DNA from: Dicyema japonicum | Lineage: Eukaryota; Animalia; Dicyemida | Length of the DNA stretch: 64,000 nt | Reading direction: 5' to 3' | Assembly: GCA_011109175.1 (NCBI GenBank) | Contig: RDEW01000023.1 | Span: forward strand, 283,225-347,224 | Shown: positions 24,330 through 36,480 of the stretch, one piece after another | Layout: every line of letters begins with the position of its first letter | Position numbering within the stretch: position 1 is the first letter of the stretch | Program-made: the position numbers and the translations under genes | The notes under the pieces: generated by a model | Told to the model about the DNA's origin: nothing | The model's database searches: none | The model's input: the letters and a program-made list of their open reading frames with translations, nothing else

Positions 24330-25015
24330 GTTAATTAATTGCCGCGTTCACTGCGTGGCTGTTCCCTCTCAGGATTGCGAGCTAAATTCTCTCAAACAGC
24401 CAGTGGCGTTCGCGGAGATCTGCATGATGTGATCCGAAAAAGTTGAGTGTGGATCCGGAAGTCTCCATAGCAAGGGTAACAAATTTGACATTATCGGGAA
24501 GGTCGACATATTTTTCGAGTTTGGCCTTCTCCACCTTGACGGCTGCAGAGCAGGCCCTTGAAGCGCACTCGTGAAGATTGTACGGGGCGAACGTGTCTGT
24601 ACATGTCACGTCCCAAACAAGTGGTTTCCCAGGATCAAAGGCAAATATGGTCATCCAATCCGGTCGTTTCTCGTCACTTCTGCATAACCCGACCGGTTCA
24701 AGAATGGCCGAGTATCCAGCAACATCCATAGCCCCCTTGACAATCTCATTCAGAGCTTTGTAATTTGAAGATTTGCTAGCACTCCTCTTGCAGGCGAGAG
24801 GGTGCAGGCAATAGCATTCCATCAGGATGCCACATCGGCACGGGTGAGGTACACATACTTTCAGTCTCAGCCGCAGTAAGATACCACTTCTAACGCATTC
24901 ATTATCCAGAAAAATGCCCAGAGTTCCATTTGGGATGGCGTTTAGCCAAGCTCGGCTCTCAGGGGAAGCCCCCTAAAGCAAACAAGCGCGTCGGTGCTGA
25001 TTGGCTGATTCCAGT
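24330..25015 (-). mobile_element. CRE-like 3' fragment, close relative of 715-1440
   Basis: ORF 24382-24822 (HPLAC, DEKRPD, WDVTCTDT, LAMETSG); the nucleotide sequence mirrors 715-1415. Confidence 0.85.
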
Positions 25016-25039
25016 AGGAGTCCATATGTTTTCTCCGTG

Positions 25040-26425
25040 AAGAGAGAAGCACTTCCGACTTTCTGTGTTCTTTGAACAAAATTTTTGTGTAGAATTTTAT
25101 CAAATTGTTAACGTCACGTTGAGTATAGTCATCCTCGGGGAAGTTTCTTCGCCCTTTGCAACATTTCTAGTGGCATTCCACATTTCACCGATACTACGGT
25201 TGCGATTTACCCTTGTAAAAATCCGATTCCACTTCAATTTTTGGGCCTTGAACTCTCTGGCCTTTATTTCGTTGTTTAGAGCTCTGATCCGAAGTTTCGT
25301 TTCTAATGTGATCCAATTAGATTTTTGAGGTGATTTCTTTTTGATCAATGCCGACTTCCCTCGACCATTAAAGGAATTTAGACGATGCTTGGGAATAGCT
25401 AATAATCTTGCTTCTAGGATTGTGCAAGTAAAGTATTTGATCGCTTTTTCTAGCGATTTGAAGCTGTCCAAGTGACAATTCTTTAGTCTATCATCCGAGA
25501 TTGCGCGATACAATTCCCAATTAGCAGCTTTGTAATTATAACTAGTAGGTGTTCTCCTCACTTTGACTTCTCTCTTGATCTTCATCACAATTGGGTTATG
25601 ATCGCTTCTTGTTTCGTAGAAGAATGACAAGGTAATTTTCGATGAAAGTGATGTGAAATAGAGTGTTACGTCAGGAGAAGTAGGCTGGTCCGTATCTCTG
25701 AGTAGGGTCATTGCATTTCTCGCTGAGTTATTCAGTATCGCTAGGGAGTCCGTTTTCCATAACAATTGCTTCCCTCTCGTGTCGGCCTGTTGGGTTGACA
25801 ACCATAAGGGATGCTTTGCGTTTAAATCTCCACATATGATGATCGTAGATAGCCAATCTTGATAAGTTTTGAATAACATAGTCCTTTGGGCAGGAGCCGG
25901 GAGGAGGAAGTAGTTGTTCACGAGACACAGACTTCCGTTTGTTGTCCCAAGCAAGATTCCAATTGCCTCAGTAACCTCGTCATTTCCAACAAGTTTCTCA
26001 CTTCCGAAGTAATGTCTCTGTATTTCAGGTTCTTTTTGAATAGAGTAAGTAGTTTACCCCCTCTTCTCTTTTTACAGTTCATCCTGATAGCCTCGTATCC
26101 AGGAAATGAAGGAGTGGATCATTCATGCGGAGTTAGTTTCTTGAATCATAGTTACGTCAATCTTTTGATTTACCAGGATTGAGGGGAGTTCCCTGACCTT
26201 GCCTTTAATTCCGTTGATGTTCAATTGGAGAGCAGTGAATTTCCTTTCTCCACAGTGGGCTGAGGGTTTTCTCCGGGAATGTTTGGACTTTTTCTGAAAC
26301 ACATCGCCGGTGGTCGATAATGAACCCGGGAGGAAAAACTCTGATGGTCCTTTTCGGGAGGGAATTAGGAGCCCTCTGGGCGTTGCCAAATCTTTTTAAA
26401 TTGGTGGACCACATAACGCCACGCT
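25040..26425 (-). mobile_element. Vingi/Ingi-like LINE, 5' portion (5' RNA fold + APE), 3'-truncated
   Basis: QLNINGIKGK, IQET, CGDLNAKHPLW, TSPDVT, SDHNPI. Confidence 0.85.
26344..26420 (-). ncRNA. HDV/Pr77-like double-pseudoknot fold (copy A)
   Basis: P1 ggcgtt/aacgcc, P2 gtggtcc/ggaccat, enlarged P3 ccaa/ttgg, P4 gaggg/ccctc, J4/2 ccgaaaa. Confidence 0.55.
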
Positions 26426-26649
26426 ACACGATTATTTTTTATTTAAATTTAATATTCTTTAGTCTATATTAACTTTATCACCCCTATACATGACATTGAT
26501 TGACACATGATTTTGTTGCGCGTTGCTCACAGTGCGGGCGACATAATAAACGTGAGAAATGTTTTCACTTGTCATCACTCTCGCGCTCACGACATAATTA
26601 GTGTAGCCGGGAGAGAGATACGCGTTAATTAATATTAGTTGAGTGTGCT

Positions 26650-26809
26650 CTCCCCACTCCACTGGAGGGGTTTCCACAACTGCATGTAATGGACGTCTTA
26701 TTTTTTATGCTGATTCCGGATGGACTCTGTTTCTGTAGAAGTGGTAACTGGATACACTTAATTAGTTGTTTACTCTAACATCTTTCTCGGTGTATCCGGG
26801 GTTAATTAA
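26650..26809 (+). mobile_element. 5'-truncated copy of the 34543-34890 non-autonomous element; its tail continues at 33749-33768
   Basis: About 160 bp shared with 34716-34870; TSD ttgagtgtgct at 26639-26649 and 33769-33779. Confidence 0.85.
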
Positions 26810-27019
26810 TGTCGTATGTCATAAGAACCCGGGGCGTTGATACTGTCCGGGTTGAAAAGACAAATTTATCACTTGAAAACATTAACAACCACTAAGTTTT
26901 GTCTCAAGAGAAACAAAACAGAGATAAGTTAAATCCCCAAGGAAAATAGAAAAGTAAAATCCCGGAGTAAAGTAGAGATGTTAAATCCCTAAGGAAAATA
27001 ACCGAGATATAAGGTTACT

Positions 27020-30000
27020 TTGTAGCAAATCCGACAAGACAAGACAAATTTTATTTTCTAACAAACCCCAAAACTAATTACTGTAAAGAAACCAAAACCT
27101 GAACCAAAACTAATTAAGTGGGTTTGTATTCATCGTGTAGGGTCATTTTATGAGACACCACATGTCTCTACTTCGTTTGGACCCCAAAATTACAGCAAAT
27201 CCGAGATAACAGATAACATAATTTATTTGCAAAACCCCAACTAACTAAACAAGGTAAGAGCCATTAACTAAAGAGGAAAAACCAAGATTTGGGGTCGTCT
27301 ATATCGGGGCACTCTCATGAGACACCGTATGTCTCTTCTCCGTAAAAAGCCCCAATTACAATGCGAGTTTCCACAAGCAATGTAATAAATCACCGATTCT
27401 TCTCGTTTTTCTTTCGTATTCGTCATCAATTTCAGATGCTAAATCCAATCCATGTGCGAGTTTAATTGCATACCTTCTTGTCTTTTCTAATTTAGTTAGT
27501 AGGACTGATTCCTCCTCTGTTTTAAACCAACCTTGATATCCATATATTAGGAAAGGTTCAATACACGTTTTGTAGACAAACATAAAAGTATCTGGAGACA
27601 AATGAAAGCGGAGTAGGGACTTGAGCATTCCCGTAGCTTTCTCTCTTCGTATTTTGATGTGCTCTTTAAACGATCCTTTTTTGTTAATGCATACTCCATC
27701 AAGTTTTCCGAGAACTTAACATTCCCTGTATCAACATATTGATTCTTCCTATTTCTCGCTATCCAGGTTACAGAACTTTTTTCTCTTGATAATGTCAATC
27801 CATTATTCCGACACCAATCTTCGATTTTCGACATATGAGCTAATGTTCTTTTCCATGATATTGATTTATTTATACTAGTGTCCAAAATTAGAATGTCGTC
27901 TGCATAAATTATCATTTTGGTATTGATGTGTTCCGGTTTTGGCACCTCGCTCATTATACAGTTGAAGAGGAGGGGACTCAAAATTGAACCTTGTGGAACA
28001 CCTCTACTTAGTTTTATCTTTTTAGAGAGCATATTTCCCACACGAATATAAGACTCCCTTCCCATAAGGAAGTCTCTAATCCACATGAGCGCCGACTTTC
28101 CAATGTTCGCTTTTGACAATGTCTCGAGAAGTCCTTCATGCCAGACACTGTCAAAAGCCTTGGATATGTCCAAACACGTTGCAGTAAGGTATTCTTTCTT
28201 ACTTATAGATTCTTGAATTGACTTCCTAAGTTCCCGGATGCAGTCTTCAGTTCCTCTATTTTTACGGAACCCCCACTGATTGTTTGCAAGAAAATTGTTT
28301 TCCTCAACCACTTTTGATAATCTATTAAAGACAATTTTCTCCATAATTTTTGAAGTTGAACAAATAAGACTAATTGGTCTATAATTTTCTGGATTAGATC
28401 TTGATTTTCCTTTCTTTCCAATCATCCGAACAATCGACTTTTTCCAGGTCGATGGAACGTGAGCAAGTTTCCACGAGGCATTATAAAGCATGGTTAATGC
28501 ATCAATTAACATAGCATTTGCATTCTTGAATATTTTCATTGGGATAAAATCCCATCCAGGGGTTTTGTTCTTGCAGCTACAAATCGCAATTTTTACTTCT
28601 TCAGGGGAAATAGGAGTACACATAGGACCCTTCATTGACACCATCCTATCATAGTGATGATTATTGCTTCGAAATTCACATGGAATAATGGAAGCAGGAT
28701 CTACTTCTTGAATTTTTGCTAACTGTTGCCGTAGAATTTCTGGGATTTCCCCCTTTGAAATACAACAACCATTGGATGATTTTAGGTGTATTTCATCACA
28801 TTTATCATCAGAGGATTTCAATCTCGCGAATACTTTCCAAAAGTCTGCATTCTTGTGGTTGATCTTTGAGCATTCTCTTCTCCATTTATTTTCCTGTTTT
28901 CGTTTGGATATTTTCATTAATTCATTTTTCACGAAGCTGATCTGAACCTTTAGCTATTCCGAGTCGGGAATGTTCCAACATCTTTTCAGTTAACTTTCAA
29001 GTGATTTTTTCTCTCGATAGAGGGAATCTTCTTTTAAGCTCATTGATAAGCATCCATGCGGCATACGGAATTTTTTATTTCCATATTCGTCCAAATAACA
29101 CAATATCAAAGTCCTAATTTTGTCATCCAAGTAATCAATATCTGAGGAGTCCAAGATCAATAGATCACAGACATTTCCCAGTTTCACCCGTATAAAATAA
29201 TCGAAATCAACCCAGTTGACATTATTAAGGTTGTAGCCAACAAAAGTTCTTTCAGCAGATATAGGCCCCGTCCTTATTTCCAAAGTTTGTGGAAGATGGT
29301 CGCTTCCAATATCTTGCTCCACATATGGGTGCTCACAAATTTTGCTTAGATTCTGAGGCATCACAAAAACTCCGAGCTTGTCCCCACTCCTTGGTGCAAA
29401 GTGATTAATTTCTACTGAAGTTAAAATCTTTAACTCTCCAGACTTCATCCATTTTACAAGGCATTTTCCATCTTGATTGGTTGCTACACAACCATAGTCA
29501 GTATGTTTAGCGTTCATGACCCCAACAAGGATTGGATATTCATTGTTTTCCATAAATTTGTCAACAATCCATGGATATTCTCGTAGTTTTTTAGAATAGA
29601 TTCCTCCGATAGTTATCCATCCCATAGTTATTTGTAGTTGAATGCTTGCTAGTTCACAAAGATTTTCTTCATTGATCGTGGGTAGTCTTGTATTTAAAGA
29701 AGTTTTGTAGTAAATTGAAGTTCCTGTTCCAGCACAAGAACCAGTCTTCCAAAAAATATCTAATGAGTCGTGTCCATCAATTTTAAATGGTCTTTTCTTC
29801 AATTTAGTTTCGTTTATAATTAGAACATCCATCTGGATAGTGCTGGCTAAAGCAACCAGCACTGAGGCCAGTTTCCAAAAAGAACGGGCATTAATCAGGG
29901 TTATCTGACTACTTCTGGTTTTTTTTGGTGGCTGCCCTCTCTTTTTAAGAGCGCCACCAAATCTAGTAAAAATTTAGAATCCTTTTTTGTTCTAGTCATA

Positions 30001-31450
30001 TCTTTAATGCTTCTCTCCAACTTGTCAAGAATCGAGTTGGAAGCTACTACTTCTTCATTTTCAGACAAGATGTTTGAGTGAGTCTCGATAGTCTGTGTAG
30101 CAACTCCAAAAGTCACTTTTCTAACAGGTGCTTCCGCCTGGTCACTCTCATCAAAACTGCTTGTCTGTGTTGAAACTTCTACTGTTTCTTTTTTAGAAGG
30201 TTTCTTATTATATGTCGTATTCCAGCCAGTCTGCCCATACATTCTTAATTTCTTATTCGTTCCAATATTGGAAACTTCACTTTCTCCTTTATGGGCATTT
30301 TCTCGTTTTAGAGATAATTTTCCATTCGATTCTTTCCTTTTTTGGTCAATTTTGTTTTTCTTCGCTATGTTAGCTTCAACAGCCTTGGGGCATCCTCCAT
30401 AATTGGCAAAGTGGCTGGATGAACCACAATTCACACACGACTTATTATTGTTTGTAACAGGACACTGCGATCTTCTATGTGGCCCAGAACAAACAAGAAA
30501 TCTTTCAACATTCTTGCAAAAACGAGCAATATGACCAAACTGTTGACAACGAAAACATTGGATAAATCCGATGAGAGATAACATGATTTATTCGCAAAAC
30601 CCCAACTAACTAAACAAGGTAAGAGTTATTAACTAAAGAGGAAAAACCAAGATTTGGGTCGTCTATATCGGGGCACTCTCATGAGACACCGTATGTCTCT
30701 TCTCCGTAAAAAAGCCCCAATTACAATGCGAGTTTCCACAAGCAATGTAATAAATCACCGATTCTTCTCGTTTTTCTTTCGTATTCGTCATCAATTTCAG
30801 ATGCTAAATCCAATCCATGTGCGAGTTTAATTGCATTTATAATTAGAACTTCCATCTGGATCGTGCTGGTTATAGCAACCAGCACTGAGGCCCGTTTCCG
30901 AAGAGAACGGGCATTAATCAGGGTTATCCTGACTACTTCTGGTTTTTTCGGTGGCTGCCCTCTCTTCTTAAGAGCACCACTCTCTTCTCTGTGTTGAAGC
31001 TTCTACTGTTTCTTTTTAGAAGGTTTCTTATTATATGTCGTATTCCAGCCAGTCTGCTCATACATTCTAATCTCTGACTTTAATTTCTTATTCGTTCCAG
31101 TTTTGGAAACTTCACTTTCTCCATTATGGGCATTTTCTCGTTTTAGGGATAATTTTCCATTCGATTCTTTCCTTTTTTGGTCAATTTTGTTTTTCTTCGC
31201 AATGTTAGCTTCAACAGCCTTGGGACATCTTCCATTTCTCGTTTTAGGGATAATTTTCCATTCGATTCTTTCCTTTTTTGGTCAATTTTGTTTTTCTTCG
31301 CAATGTTAGCTTCAACAGCCTTGGGACATCTTCCATAATTGGCAAAGTCGATGGATGAACACAATTCAAAGGACTTATTATTGTTTGTAACCGGACACTG
31401 CGATCTTCTATGTGAATCAGAACAAACAAGGCATCTTTCAACACATCTCC
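27020..31450 (-). mobile_element. I/Jockey-like LINE (ORF1 with CCHC knuckles, ORF2 APE + RT) plus a deleted tandem copy, nested in the Ginger element
   Basis: ORF1 29901-30584 (CFRCQQFGH, CVNCGSSSH), APE 28990-29862, RT 27547-28932 (QWGFR, DISKAFDSV, GVPQGSILSP, YADD); 27196-27470 is repeated at 30564-30838. Confidence 0.85.
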
Positions 31451-32274
31451 ATTAGGCCTGAAGTATGTTTTTCAAACTCGTAGTATATTCCTTCGTCTTG
31501 TAGCACCAGTGACATCACTTACTCACCAGTGGCACCACAAGTCGTCCCAATCGGTCCCCAAATCTTGGCTTTCCTAATTGGACAAATCCTAATTGGACAA
31601 ATCCGAAAATATTTAGGTAATGCCATATTATTGAGATATTTATATCTTATAACATTAAACTGATAAGGTTGAATTAAGTAATTCAAATTAAGAATAAAAT
31701 TTAAAATATAAAAAAAAGATTAAAATATGTGATAAAAATTACAAATAACTCAAATATCGATGATTCAAAGGTTTTCGATGAAGATATAACAGAGTCTGAG
31801 TTAGGAAGCTCTTATAAATTCAAAGACGTCGACAAGTACCCAGTGAGCAATTGGCCCAGGACCCTGTTGAAAATAATGTATCTGTTTCTATATTTTATTC
31901 ACCGGCTCTGGACCCTTATTTTTCTCATTTTTTCACTGAAACTAATGAGCCATTAAAATGGAAAGAGAATATAAATAAAAAAAAATGAAAATTAGAAATC
32001 ATTTCTTTTGCTAACTAAAAGTTTCTTTCCAAAGAGTTGGAGTTTGATATACCTCGCAGAGTTCAAGATTGTTTTGATTGTACTCACTTGGGATGGCCTA
32101 GTGACTACACATTCCTGAAGTTTGCCAGATCTTTGAATATGAGTGAAAGAACGTATGCTAACGAATAAGAATGGCTCTAACAGAATCAATGGAACCTTTA
32201 TATGGACCCGAAATGGAACCGTTATTGAATGATCATAACAAAAATTTAACAACTTTTAATATAAAAACGATTTT

Positions 32275-32511
32275 AAAAAATCAAAAACTTTTTTACTATC
32301 ATACAAATAAACTGTATTTAAAGACTAATTAATTTTTTTAATTCTTGATTTTGAAACTTTTTTTGTTTCATCTGTGGAAACTCCCTTAACGTTTAAAAAA
32401 TCAAAAACTTTTTTACTATCATACAAATAAACTGTATTTAAAGACTAATTAATTTTTTTAATTCTTGATTTTGAAACTTTTTTTGTTTCATCTGTGGAAA
32501 CTCCCTTAACG
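32275..32511. repeat. 120-bp tandem duplication inside the Ginger element
   Basis: Lines starting at 32281 and 32401 are identical. Confidence 0.95.
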
Positions 32512-33496
32512 ATAACAAAATAAAATTCATAAAGCTAACCTGAAAGGTGACTTTCCAGTAGCACGATGAATAGAAATGTTATATTTATAAACAGTAGTTT
32601 TCAATATGTCAATCCAATTATTAGATTTGGATTGAAATAGAGTTTTTGCTAACCAACGCTTTAGCGTTTGATTATAGCGTTCCACCTGCCCTTGTGATTG
32701 AGGGTGTCTTGGTCTACCATGAATCGCCGTTATCCCCCAATCACATAATAATGCTGAAACTTCAGAGTTACAAAACTCTTTTCCATTGTCCGTGTGTAAT
32801 GTTTCAGGTGGCCCAACTGATAAAAACATGTCTTCTAAAGAATTTCTTATATTTTGAGAAGTTTTACTAATTAAAGAAAATGACCAAGAGAATTTTGAGT
32901 AACAATCAATAACATTAAGAATTCATTTATATTCTTTATTATAGGAAGAATATCTACGAGGATCTATACAATCAGCCATGAATCTTTCGAATTTATGTGA
33001 AACGGTAATCATTTGAATATCTTCACAAGTCTTTAGACTGTTGAAATGGTTGCAGGAATCACAAGTAGATACAAAATGGCGAATAATTTTTTGATTGATG
33101 CCAATGTACTTTTCGCAAATTAATTTGCACATCTTGGAAACACCAGGATGTCCAATAGAATGTTCCTTAGCTAAAATTGAGTTAATTCTAGCTTCTTGAA
33201 AGGAACTAATAACGGTACGAAGATTTCCATTACATGCAAAAAATAAATCTCCATTCAACAGTTTTAAATTCTGACATCTTCTGCGTAATGTCCGCTTTTG
33301 ATTTTCTTTAAATCCATCAGGATACTGTTTATATTCGAGATAATTCAAAATTTTCTTTAATTCATCAGGTGTATTAATGCTGAATGTAGAAGGCATAACA
33401 AAATTAAAATGAAGCGTGAAATTTTATATTTTTAAAAAGAAATTAAAAATATTAAAAAAAAGTATTATATAACATTCAAATACCATTTTCACGCTA

Positions 33497-33645
33497 ATCG
33501 CTTTATTGACTCAAAATAAAATTTTTTGTTTTTTGAGTGAACAAGGGACCGATCCTTCGACCTCTTCTATTTTCGACCCTTTTCTTGTTTAATCGCTTTA
33601 TTGACTCAAAATAAAATTTTTTGTTTTTTGAGTGAACAAGGGACA
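33497..33645. repeat. Two ~54-bp direct repeats (period 94) next to the Ginger TIR
   Basis: aatcgctttattgactcaaaa...gagtgaacaagggac at 33497 and 33591, each with an internal ctcaaaa/ttttgag palindrome. Confidence 0.9.
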
Positions 33646-33840
33646 GATTTTTCGAAGCAAAACTTAGTGATTGTTAATGTTTTCAAGTGATAAATTTGTC
33701 TTATCAACCCGGACAGTATCAACAGCCCGGACGCTATCACATACGACAATTAATAATAATAATAATAATTGAGTGTGCTGATAGTTATATTTCCTTAGTC
33801 AGATAGCCACTATCTTACGAAAATTATTAAAAATAAAATA

Positions 33841-34310
33841 TTAGTAAGCAATAGTTCCAACGATGGAATATTTATCTACAATTAAATTACAAAAAACCAT
33901 TATAGCGTTTAATCCACTTATTTAAATTTTCCATTTGTTCATAATTCAAATCCTTCAAGTCATCGTATGCGTCTCTAATGTCCTCATCCAAAACACTCGA
34001 AATGGAAAGGTTCCTTGCGATCTCCCTGCCGGCAAAGTTAGCATGACCAGCTCCTATAATGACTCCAAAGAAGACCCAGTCCGTAAAATCTTGTTTCCAA
34101 TGTGACATCATAAATTACCCCTTTTACGCTTACAAATATCTTGGGATTTGTGATCCCATCGTATTCTTTCAATTCCTGAATCGACAAAGTGAGGTTTTTT
34201 TCCTTTGCCTCATCATTCTCATTTTTCCTTCTTTTGTAAAGATTAAACAAAAAATATGAAATTGGAATCCCCAATAAAATACTTATGTAAAAATGTTTAA
34301 CGTGGTGCAT
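33841..34310 (-). CDS. PGRMC: Membrane-associated progesterone receptor (PGRMC/MAPR) cytochrome b5-like protein, 141 aa
   Basis: Exons 34310-34076, 34053-33898, 33875-33841 with two 22-nt GT-AG introns give an intact ORF: N-terminal TM, LKEYDG..KGVIYDVT..FYG..FAGRE..YDDLKDL..KYSIVG. Confidence 0.9.
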
Positions 34311-34542
34311 GATAAGAACTATAAATTATTTTAACTCATTATTATAAGGAAAAAGGAAAAAGAATAGTTAATTCAGCTGTTGGGAGATGCACAAGCTATT
34401 CCCACGGACAACAGCCAGAACTATAAATTGAAATAATTATTTTAAAAATTAAAATAAAATATAAATTTTTATTAATAAAAGCACCATAATATTATTTTAA
34501 CTATTCATTTTAGCTCTCCTCCTTTTAGAAACACCCAATGGC

Positions 34543-34890
34543 CAATCACTTTATATTTTGCCGCGTGACTCCATGTGGTGCTTCGTGGTTAATTGGTTTA
34601 AATTTTCTGTTTGTTTGTCTCTTCATCCTCTCTCTTCCTAATAGAGTGGCGTCATGTGATCCACCTTTCTAGGTGACGCCCAATGCCAGGCCGGCATGAA
34701 AAAGGATCATTTGCTCTTCCCCACTCCACTGGAGGGGTTTCCACAACTGCATGTAATGGACGTTTTACCCTTTATGCTGATTCCGGATGGACTCTTTCTG
34801 TAAAAGTGGAAACTGGATACACTTAATTAGTTGGTTACTTTAGCTTCTTTCTCGGTGTATCCGGGGTTAATAAATAAATAAAAAATAAAA
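34543..34890 (+). mobile_element. 348-bp non-autonomous Vingi-derived retroelement (RIME/SIDER-like) with 16-bp TSD
   Basis: TSD agaaacacccaatggc at 34527-34542 and 34891-34906; contains the pseudoknot fold and the GGATACAC/GTGTATCC terminal stem with A-rich tail; no ORF. Confidence 0.85.
34648..34710 (+). ncRNA. HDV/Pr77-like double-pseudoknot fold (copy B)
   Basis: P1 ggcgtc/gacgcc, P2 gtgatcc/ggatcat, P3 acc/ggt, P4 atgcc/ggcat, J4/2 gaaaaa with no obvious catalytic C. Confidence 0.55.
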
Positions 34891-34924
34891 AGAAACACCC
34901 AATGGCTTAAATCCCAACGGGCAA

Positions 34925-36110
34925 ATTCCAGAGTAAGGTCCCTATTAAAACAATTATCTGCCTTGTCTATTCTTAACAATCCGAAGACCCACACTAGGAC
35001 CCCTTATAAGTATAACGAATGTTTTACCTTTCCGGTCCTTACACTATCCACCGCTAACTTATCCTCGGCCATCTCATGGTCAGTAAACTACGATCTTAAT
35101 TCGGATCACAATCCAATCATCATCGAGATCAAGAAAGCCTTTCCACACATGAACAAAACTATGTCTTTTTTCAATTACAAGAAGGCAACTGGGAGGGATA
35201 TGCAACTTCACCGGAGCTGTCAATTGCTTAAACGAGGCGATTTTATTGTGTAGAAAACTATTTATTCCAAAATGCACTTTCCAACGCTACGACGAAAATC
35301 TGGATCGGAAGGTAAAAATTCTCATCAAAGAAATGAACCTTTTTAAAAAGAATCTCTTTCCTATGTCAGACGGAAGAAACCACATCAAGAACTTCAGTGA
35401 TACTATCACTGAGAAAATCAAAGCTTCACAAAGAAAAATCTACCCAACGCATTCGGAATGCCGTCAAAAAGTTCGGACCTTCCAAACTCAACAGAAAAAT
35501 CAACATGAATTGAACAATCTTATGAAATATTATGCTGAGATCAGCCACAAGAAATACCTGAAGATAAGCCCGTATTCTGCTTCTACAAGACAAAGAAATC
35601 AAGCTCACCTATCAACATAACCCACACTGAAATTGAGTCGGAGATTGTCAATACAAAATCATCCTTATCCTCTGGACCGGATTCCAGCGATCATGCTTAA
35701 ACACCTGGGTCCCATCGGAATCGAAGCAGTCACGAACATTTGTAACTATTCTGTTGACCAAAATCAAATACCAAATATCTGGAAACATTCCCATATATTC
35801 AAGCCGATTCTCAAGCCGGGCAGGCTGAAGAACGCCCCTCCTCCTATAGACCCATCTCCCTACTATACTCGACCTCGAAGGTCCCTGAAATTCTCATACT
35901 ACGTTTGATCACCCCTGATCAGGGATTCACCTTTATCCGACATGTTGAAAACAAAGTAACTTCTGCTCTGAAGAAAATGAGAATTTTAAAAGTGCATTCA
36001 AAAACACTTAGAGACCAAACTGGTAGCCTTCGTTGAGCGGGAAGGCTTCTTCATGAAGTGGACTGGCTTTCTTTTGATAAAAGTCCTCATGCCCTCACGC
36101 AGTACACCAA
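34925..36110 (+). mobile_element. Decayed Vingi-like LINE (end of APE, RT start)
   Basis: YDLNSDHNPIII, DRIPAIMLKHLG, PILKPG. Confidence 0.7.
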
Positions 36111-36480
36111 TGAATTATAGTAAAGCGTTAACGAGAGAGTTGAAGCTGTTAAGGTCAAAACCATGCTAATTTTTTCCTTTTAATAGACAATATTCCTTTG
36201 AACGTGATGATGATGGGGTTATGGTCACTGGTAGTGTCGTATGATACTGAATTGATTAGGGAGGCAATTTTTGGGGAAGCAAGTGTCAGGTCGGGGGAGG
36301 AAGTTCTGTCGATTGCTCTGTTGGGAGTTCTTGTGTTGAATCTGGGATTGTATAATATTACAAGTTGGTTCAGCGTCGATAGCAGCTGGGTTCCCTGGCG
36401 TCTTCCGGTTGGTTTTTGAACCATATCGGATGTTTCACGTTCAGGTCTCCACATACTAATGGTGGAGATAGATATATTAT
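36110..36480 (-). mobile_element. Vingi-like APE fragment, opposite orientation
   Basis: TSSPDLTLASP..YDTTSDHNPIII. Confidence 0.7.

Larger units (their letters stand above)
26810..33748 (-). mobile_element. Ginger-like DNA transposon with TGT...ACA termini, ~90-bp TIRs and 5-bp TSD
   Basis: tgtcgtatgt..ttgatactgtccgggttga..actaagttttg at 26810 and inverted at 33655-33748; TSD attaa; integrase at ~32000-33396 with H2C2 zinc region and TDNGKEF..QSQGQVER, one nonsense codon near 32925. Confidence 0.85.
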
